Assembly (NCBI GenBank): GCA_951406725.2
Contig: OX597822.1
Span: forward strand, 110,236,001 to 110,300,000
Direction: 5' to 3'
Length of the DNA: 64,000 nt
Origin: Octopus vulgaris
Taxonomy: Eukaryota
Every line of letters starts with the position of its first letter. The first letter of the stretch is position 1. The position numbers and the translations under genes were made by a program. Of this stretch, positions 54,701-64,000 are shown one piece after another. The notes under the pieces were generated by a model. That model ran no database searches and was not told where the DNA came from. It saw only the letters and a program-made list of their open reading frames with translations.

Positions 54701-56270
54701 CGCCCCCCTCTCTCCCTACATACTTATCTATCTGTCTGTATGTCTATCTGTGCACACACATATATCTTTCGTAATAATCGAGGCTGATAAGAAACATCCT
54801 ACAATGTTAACATCTTTCATCATATTCCACGTGTATTTATGTTGGAAATATATTCTGTAGGTCAGCACGAGGAAGAGTAATGCGAAATATAAAAGTCAAT
54901 AGAATTTTGGAATATGTATAGCGTTGTAAACATTGTCGCCGTTTCCATTGTGTATATGCAACTTGATTTAGCCCCAGTACAGCGTTTCAAATTGCTAAAG
55001 TTAAGATAAACGTTACAGTTAATTTATAACTTCGATGCAGTGTTTTCAGGTTAGATAAAAATTGACGTCGAGATTTCTTAATTCATGTAAAGCTTCTAAA
55101 ACGTAGATTGAAGTGTTCAGAAAATATACTTAACACTTCTCAGGATTCAATTGTTTGAGATTGGCGAGATACTAAGAAACAAACAGAAGCGGTTATTCAT
55201 TATTATAATGTTAAAAGTTATTTCTAAGGATGTGACCCACTGCAAAGAGTTAAGATATTTTCTGTATCAATTTAATACTTAACCTTTGTCAGAAAATGAT
55301 TTGCATGCTGATATGCATCGGTATTTCTCAATGTCTTGAATACAACGAGTTTATATTTAAGAAGAGTAAATGGCTTTCAGTATAAAGGAAGTTATCTACG
55401 AAGTCAAAAGTTCAACAATAATATTAACATGCACCTTTTGAATGGCGAATAAATCCTTTTCATTCTCAACATCAGCATTGCTTCATATAAGTTATGAAGA
55501 AAGATCTTTCGAACAATAACCAGAATTATCTTGCAGACACCTGGTAGAAGAATACTTGAGGCCATTAATTAAAGTCACTTCTCAAGAGGCACGAAATATA
55601 TATTTGTATGCGCACTAAAATAGCTGAAGTCATCAACAGGTCAAGAATATTGGATAATTGTACGAGAGTTTATTGTAACAGCTGACAGGCTTCTTTCTAA
55701 TCCTCTCTACCATTCTAAGTAGTGTACAATAAGGAGCTTATCCATATATTATGCTCAAATATATAATGTACTGAAAGACTTTCCCATTATAGGAAAATAT
55801 CAATTGATGTCCAAATCAATAGACATTGGTCTAACTATACCGATTCTAATTTTGTTTCATTCAGAAGATCTCCTAAAAAATCAGATATATTAAAATGTCA
55901 GCTAAACCGTGTCAAGTTAGATTAACATTTTTGTTTAGATTGTATTATTGTATAAAAGGAAAACGTTAGACTTTGCCAGATAAATTCACTTTCCTATTTA
56001 CTCCCGATGTTCTTACAAATCTTTTAATGCTGCTGTTTACTTTGATGTATGGAATTTCTTAGAGACAATATATTATATTTTCCTCTTCAAACAAGTGGCA
56101 AATATTTATCTAGTTATGAAGAGAATAATCTTAATCAATTTCAGTCGTTGCAGAAAGAAATGAAGTTTTAAAGAATAAGTTTGTCGGAAACTTTCTGAAG
56201 CTGACATCACCAGCAATACTATTAAATCTGTGATAGCTGTACAATAGAATATATAATCTATATACAACTA

Positions 56271-56337
<67 letters not shown>

Positions 56338-56766
56338 AATTTATTCTAGTGAATAGTTTACACATACCACACTGAGGTCAATATAATTAAGTCTAAGAAA
56401 ATGACTCCATTATGTTTCTGCATACATCTTATCATCTTTCGGATAATAGCAAATGCAAATAACGATGTTGAGTTGCAATCGAACACAGGTAGATCGAAGC
56501 ACAGTTAATGAAAAGCAATATTTAAATTATTTTATCACAATAACATAAAGAAACAGCAGTTAAGTTGCAATGTATGTATGTATGTATGTATGTAAGTTTC
56601 AAACAATCACAAGTATATCTATATAACTAACGAACTAGCTCATCAATATCATGGTTCCGGATCCAATCAAACTGAAAATTAGATCGATACGGTTGATTAA
56701 AACCCATGATGGCAGTGCTCCAGAAGGAACGCAGTCCAAATACTGAAACAAATAAAATCATTACAA

Positions 56767-56769
<3 letters not shown>

Positions 56770-56823
<54 letters not shown>

Positions 56824-56909
56824 TATATACATTTATATATATACACATATATATGTATATATATATATATATATAATTAAATATATATAAATTTATATAT
56901 ATACACACA

Positions 56910-56955
<46 letters not shown>

Positions 56956-56969
56956 TATTCTATATATGT

Positions 56970-57005
<36 letters not shown>

Positions 57006-57073
57006 ATATAAATCATATATGTATAATATATATGCATATTTACATACGTATATGTACATACTTACATCTATAC

Positions 57074-57131
<58 letters not shown>
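56770..57131. repeat. (CA)n/(TA)n microsatellite complex
   Basis: Visible directly. Confidence 0.96.
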
Positions 57132-57134
<3 letters not shown>

Positions 57135-57405
57135 TATGTGGGCACAGGACGTCACGAAAAACGTGTATAACAAAAATATACGAAGCGCAATTCCATGGAA
57201 CATGAACTATTCTTTCGGACAACGAAAGACACAAATGAAAAACAAAACAAACAACACTGAGAAATACCCTTCATCAGTTGTTGGCTGATTTTCTAGTCTC
57301 GTATTTGGAGCATTTAACAACAATATACGCTTTCGATAAAACAGTTGCCCCCGCAAAGCAAATGAAATAACATTTCGGATTTTGTGGAGGGTCAACATTG
57401 GCAAC
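57132..57405 (-). repeat. Microsatellite-associated interspersed repeat with HHR-like core
   Basis: Homologous to 9345-9606 and partly to 48010-48090; minus strand reads CTGATGA...GAAA. Confidence 0.65.
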
Positions 57406-57790
57406 ACGAGCAGGAGTGTGAAACAAACAGGAAGGACTGCTAAGCGCAAACGAGGTTGTGGTGGCGAATGCGGAAATCAAGTTAGGACAGAAGACAAACA
57501 AGAACACATCTTCCTTGTTCCAGCTAAAACGGAGAGAGAGAAAGAAACACAAATTAGGAGAAGAAAGGTGGCCGATGGTCACGTGGGAGCAACGTGAGCA
57601 AAGGAGGAGGAGTGAACGAGAAAGAGAGAGAGAGAGAGTAATAAAATAATAGGATAGAATAGTGGGAAAAGAGGAGGTAAAAGAATAAATGATAGAAAGA
57701 GAGAAAAACGAAAGAGTGAAAGATAGTATAGAGTGTGCATCAGAATTATTAAGATAAAACTTACTTGGAAGAGGATGCGTGGTGTTTCAT

Positions 57791-57871
<81 letters not shown>

Positions 57872-58013
57872 TATATACATATATATACATGTATATATAT
57901 ACATACATACAAATATATCTATATCTATATCTGTCTAACTATGTATTTATCTATCTATCCATCTATCCATCCGTCTATCTATATATCTATCTATCTATCT
58001 ATCTATCTATGCA

Positions 58014-58220
58014 TGAGGGTGCTGAAAATTTCCTGACTTTAAAGGTAACGCGAAGAGCCTATTTGGAGGACCAATCTTCCGAGTTCTTTTATAGGACCCC
58101 AAAACACTGAAGGATCGCTGCAAAAAGTGTGTGAATCAGAGAGGGGAATATGTTGTGTAAAATCATATTTAGCTGATGTCCCTGTATTTTCTCTTACTTA
58201 AAAGCAGTAACTTTCAGCAT
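58014..58220 (+). mobile_element. mariner-derived MITE
   Basis: gagggtgctgaaaatttcctg ... aactttcagca; same internal sequence as 53450-53618. Confidence 0.7.
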
Positions 58221-58611
58221 ATATATATATGTGTGTATATATATATATGAATATATAAAGCAAAATAGCTTTTTATAAAATCTAAAGAAGAGATACAGTA
58301 AAGCGAGTTGGCACATCAAAATGACAGTTGACTTGACTGTTACTACTGGTTTAACCCAAGCTGATTATCCGTCAGCTAGTTTTCGGTGCAAGCTCTGCAC
58401 CCATTATATGCAATATAATGCTAGCAGGGGTTGGGAGAGAGAGCTAACATGATCGCGGGACTGGCCCAGTTTCCAGCGATTTGTCTCACATCAGCTGCAT
58501 GCATCTGCGCAATGGAGTAATAGCTAACATCCGCGTCTGCCGACGATGTATTGTAAACATAGTGACCATCTGTCACTGATTTGCAACAAGCATAATAACA
58601 TGTATGTATGT

Positions 58612-58646
<35 letters not shown>

Positions 58647-58780
58647 ATATGTTTTATATATGTTTTATATGCTTTATCGTATATTTAATCTTTCTATATG
58701 TAATTTTCTAGATGGTGTAATTTAATTTTTCATTATTGAATTGATAAAAGGTGGTTTCTTTCTAATTTATATATATATAT

Positions 58781-59010
<230 letters not shown>

Positions 59011-59019
59011 TTTATATAA

Positions 59020-59248
59020 TCAGACACCCAATCAATTTTAATTGCTTATTTGTTGAATTGTATTTTATTATAGCATATTACGTGAAGCATCGCAATTTTC
59101 ATTTAGTATGATCGTAGCTGTGTGATGAATAGAAACGAGAAACTCTGAGTAACAGTTTGTGAAGACTTTTTCAGCTTTAATATAGGCATATTCGTTATTC
59201 AAGTACTAATTTTTTCCAATTTTTTTTTACATTTATTTGTTTACACGT
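59020..59248 (+). repeat. Microsatellite-associated short element with HHR-like motif at 59118-59155
   Basis: ctgt-GTGATGA-atagaaacga-GAAAC-tctga-GTA-acag; lies between (TA)n and (TATG)n. Confidence 0.6.
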
Positions 59249-60150
59249 ATATATGTATGTATGTATGTATGTATGTTTGTATGTATGTATTATGTATGTA
59301 TGTTTGTATGTAGGTATGTATGTATGTATGTATGTATGTCTGTATGTATGTATGTATGTATGTATGTATGTATGTATGTTTGTATGTATGTATGTATGTA
59401 TGTATGTTTGTATGTATGTATGTATGTATGTATGTATGTATGTTTGTAGGTGTGTATGTGTGCATGTATACACATATATTTATGATAGAAAACTGACTGA
59501 TAAAAAGAAAGGGAGGGTAAGAGGAGAGAAAGAGAGAGGGATTCATAACATGTATCCATTTAATGTTGAGTTTTACCTAAGCGTCGGTAACAGTTTTTTC
59601 TGTCTGCTGGCAGATCAAACTAAGACCTCCCAAAGACAGCGTTTTATTAAACTTTTCAAGTGCTTTAAATCCATAATGAAGGAATTATGGAATTATCAAA
59701 CGTTAAACATCATACGGAAAATATTAAATGCTTCCAGAAACGTAGAAATATTGATGTTTGTTTAGTGAGTATCAGGAAGGTTTATAGCTATTTAGTCGGT
59801 GTATAGTTGGAACATGAACGAAAGCGGCTGCCATCGACATTCAACGAGTGTTTACATATCGTTGCTTATGTGCAGAGAGAGAGAGAGATTAATGTTTTAT
59901 GATGTTTACAAGCTTCTTCCTTTTAGCAGCTCCAATGGAATCGAAATATGAGGATCAGAAATTTAGAAAATCGCAGCTTTAGATACATGTCACTGTATAT
60001 GAGTGTGTCTTGAAATCTTTTTTCTCCACTAATATAAATACATATGTTTCTATTTATATGTAAGCATCACTAAATACATACCTTTCATATACGTATATAT
60101 GTAAGAATGTATGTATATATGCATGTATATATATGCCTGTGAGATATGCA

Positions 60151-60205
<55 letters not shown>

Positions 60206-60292
60206 ACAATTGAGGGTAAAATTACGTAGTTATTAATCAATTTCACCAAGTAGTGTTCAGTATGTAAAAGGACCATTTAAGGCGAATTCAAA

Positions 60293-60451
60293 ATATTACA
60301 TTATATAATTAGGGCTTAGTAAAATAAATTACTTTGCCACATACTGAACTTTCTAGAAATAGCTAAAAAACTTTTTGGCTGCTATTTCTAGAAAGTTCAG
60401 TATGTGGCAAAGTAATTTATTTTACTAAGCCCTAATTATATAATGTAATAT
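60293..60451. repeat. Perfect palindrome with 71-bp arms and a 17-nt spacer
   Basis: 60293-60363 is the exact reverse complement of 60381-60451; (TA)n on both sides of the element. Confidence 0.96.
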
Positions 60452-60954
60452 ATATATATATATATATATAGATAGATAGATATGAGAAAATGAGATGACA
60501 AAGGAAAAACAGTTATGCTATGAATCTCATTAGCTTACAGCTGTTTCTGTGATAAGATACAGTGGATAGATGAGTGCCTAAGTAACATCCTTTAGCTTCA
60601 TCGGAACCACGTTTAACGAAGTAGCTATTTACACCCCACCGCACACAATCGTATAAGTGGTATTGGATCTCTGTCATCTAGGGATTATATATGAATTACC
60701 TGCTCTCGAATTAACTTGCATATAGTGGAGCATTCCACTGATACGTGTACACTTAAAGTAATTCTGTACCATCGTGACGATGTGTGTGACAAGCCTAAAT
60801 CCATCCGACTAGCTTTCTATGTAGTTAATGTCTACCCAAATTCACTTAAAAGTCATGGGTCGAACTGAGGATGTAGAAAGTGATGTTTGCACACGATGCA
60901 ACGCAAAATCGAATCCAGGACATCATGGTCATAATCATTCGCCCAACCTGCGCC

Positions 60955-60985
<31 letters not shown>

Positions 60986-61149
60986 TGTATGTATGTATGT
61001 ACGTATGTATGTATGTATGTACGTATGTATTTATGTATGTATGTCATTGTTTAGTTTCGAGATTTCTTGCAAATAGAGAAAGAGCCGGTTTCTAATCTGG
61101 ATTCAAGGCTCCTTCATTGGAATTTCAACATCAACAACAACTTTTGCAT

Positions 61150-62136
61150 ATACGTATGTATGTATGTATGTATGTATGCATGTATGTATGCATGCATGTA
61201 TGTATGTATGTATGTATGTATGTATGTATGTATGTATGTATGTATGTATGTATGTATGTATGTATGTATGTATGTATGCATGCATGTATGTATGTATGTA
61301 TGTAATGTATGTATGTATGTATGTATGTATGTATGTATGTATGCATGTATGTATGTATGTATGTATGTATGTATGTATGTATGTATGCATGCATGTATGT
61401 ATGTATGTATGTATGTATGTATGTATGCATGCATGTATGTATGTATGTATGAATGTATGTATGTATGTATGTATGTATGTATGTATGTATGTATGTATGT
61501 ATGTATGTATGTATGTATGTATGCATGCATGTATGTATGTATGTATGTATGTATGTATGTATGCATGCATGTATGTATGTATGTATGAATGTATGTATGT
61601 ATGTATGTATGTATGTATGTATGCATGTATGTATGTATGTATGTATGTATGTATGTATGAATGTATGTATGTATGCATGCATGTATGTATGCATGTATGT
61701 ATGCATGCATGTATGTATGTATGTATGTATGTATGTAAGTATGTATGCATGTATGTATGTATGTAAGTATGTATGTATGTATGTATGTATGCAAGTATGT
61801 ATGTAAGTATGTATGCATGTATGTATGCATGCATGTATGTATGTATGTATGTATGTATCTATGTATGTATGTATGTATGTATGTATGTATGCATGCATGT
61901 ATGTATGTATGTATGTATGTATGTATGTATGTATGTATGTATGCATGCATGTATGTATGCATGTATGTATGCATGCATGTATGTATGTATGTATGTATGT
62001 ATCTATGTATGTATGTATGTATGTATGCATGCATGTATGTATGTATGTATGTATGTATGTATGTATGTATTCATGTATGTATGCATGCATGCATGTATGT
62101 ATGTATGTATGTATGTATGTATGTATGTATGTATGT
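61150..62136. repeat. ~1-kb (TATG)n/(CATG) microsatellite
   Basis: Visible directly; source of the MYVC and HTYI ORFs. Confidence 0.98.
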
Positions 62137-62807
62137 GCAGATTTGTATGTTTTGCTTTATGCATGTATTCTCATGCATATAGTTGCATATCTAGACATGC
62201 TTATATATATTTAAAAGATAAACTTCTAGAAAGTTCCAGTGATTGCTTAGATATGTAGTCTTCGAATTAGCTTTTTCCTTCCTGGTTTTGAGAAGCGTAA
62301 TTTCTCAAAATCGGTGTGTGTGTGTGTGTATGTATGTATACATACACGTACCTCCCCCACGCAAACATACACACACATGCACACATAAATTATCTCAGTG
62401 AAATGACTCAAGTGTAGACCTGTCATGAATTAGACAAATGAGGTAGGTGGTAATTTACAAAATGATGCAGGCAAAGAATTTCTGAAAAAATGAGAAATTT
62501 GTCTCTTTTAGTTGGAGAATGAATCAGAAATCTTGCAGCAATTGGTAAAGAGTCTCAAAGATAAGTGAAGATATTTTAGTTGGTCTATTCTTTACTGGGA
62601 TATTTTACGTGACCCATGACCAAAAAGAAACTTCCAAACATGCCGTCTACTGAAATTTGGCTTTTACTGTTATGTCTTTTCATGTACCTTTGATGCAAAT
62701 GCCTTATTATTATTATCTTCAGTTTTGATAATTTATTAATACAGAAATCAATGTTTTCGAGAGTACTTGAATCACCATAAGCATTTTCACGAACATATAT
62801 ACACATA

Positions 62808-63159
62808 GGTGTAGGAGGGGATGTGTGGTAAGCAGCTTGCTTACCAACCACATGGTTCCGGGTTCAGTCCCACTGCGCGGCACCTTGGGCGAGTATCTTC
62901 TACTTTAGCCTCCGGCCGAATAAAGCCTTGTGAGTGGATTTGTTAGACGGAAACTGAAAGAAGCCTGTCCTATATATGTATATATGGTGTGTTTACGTCC
63001 CCGTAACTTAGCAAAAAGTTCGGCAAAAAGAGACCGATAGAATAAGTACTAGGCTTACAGAGAATAAGTCCTGGGGTCGATTTGCTTGACTAAAGGCGGT
63101 GCTCCAGCATGGCCACGATCAAATGATTGAAACAAATAAAAGAGTAAAAGAGTGAAAGA
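62808..63159 (+). mobile_element. SINE family B, internally deleted
   Basis: Collinear with 63-474 but lacking the segment after the internal microsatellite. Confidence 0.88.
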
Positions 63160-63649
63160 ATATATACACTTAGAGGAATACGTTCATTAAAAAAATGCAC
63201 AAAGGAGAAAATATTTACCTCCAAAATTTCCTAAATTTATGCTCTTGGATTTCAGGAATTATTTCTGTTAATTCACTTTTATAAATATCCAAACAACTGT
63301 ACCATATAATTGTTCGTAATCTCTTTTATCCATGGCCACCACCAACGTGAAATATTTCAATTTATATCACCGATTCAATGAAATATTATCCCCTTAGTTT
63401 ACTGCTCAGGATTATGCAAATTACTGTTATACAATCTTATCTATCAATTTTATTGATGTTTTCAAACCAAGCTGTGTCCCAAGGGAGTGAAATGGGGGTT
63501 ACGAACAATTATGCCAGTACGAAACGTGTAACCTTTCGCACTAAGATCCTTCAATAAAGTAATAAGGTAATCCTAAAATGGCCTGCAGAACGATTTAAAC
63601 AAATTAAGAAACATGCATTTGATAATGTAAAATAGGGTACTTCATGTTT

Positions 63650-63881
63650 GAGAGAGATAGAGAGAGAGAAAGAGAGAGAGATAGAGAGAGAAAAAGAGAG
63701 AGAGGGGGAGAGAAAGAGGGAGAGAGAGAACGAGAAAGAGAGGGAGGGAGAGGGAGGGAGAGGGATAGAGAGGGAGGGAGAGGGAGAACGAGAGAAAGAG
63801 GGAGAGAGGGAGGGAGAGGGAGAGAGGGAGGGAGAGGGAGGGAGAGGGAGAGAGAGGGAGGGAAAGGGAGGGAGAGAGAGA
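63650..63881. repeat. (GA)n/(GGGA)n purine tract
   Basis: Visible directly. Confidence 0.95.
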
Positions 63882-64000
63882 GAATAGTCGTAGGTGGAAA
63901 ATGATTTTGATCATACTTTTGTTCGATGAGGGGTGGTGGCCAGGGAGTGGACTATAATAAAACAGAAACAACATTAAAAAAAAAAAACCCATCAATAACA

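Noticed and set aside
61067-62258. Long ORFs (up to 319 aa) of MYVC/HTYI repeats, and similar YLSI, poly-N/I and YI ORFs elsewhere
   Set aside because: They are translations of (TATG)n, (TCTA)n, (AAT)n and (TA)n microsatellites

Overview
AT-rich eukaryotic non-coding DNA with no intact protein-coding gene that I can support. The SINE families and the density of (TA)n, (TATG)n, (TCTA)n and (AAT)n microsatellites point to an octopus (coleoid cephalopod) intergenic or intronic region; this is an inference from recognised repeat families. Nearly all listed ORFs are microsatellite or SINE artefacts. The window holds about 30 tRNA-derived SINE copies of four families (labelled A-D here), several Tc1/mariner remnants and MITEs, a decayed Penelope-like RT, two R4/Dong-type RLE LINE fragments, CR1 and RTE-like fragments, and Helitron-like non-autonomous elements. 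The most interesting signal is a set of short elements embedded in microsatellites. They carry minimal type I hammerhead-ribozyme (HHR)-like motifs (about seven in 64 kb, best at 33205-33247) and/or long foldback palindromes, including a perfect 71-bp-arm hairpin at 60293-60451, consistent with a non-autonomous Penelope-derived HHR/foldback system. All alignments and folds were done by eye and coordinates are approximate to a few bases.
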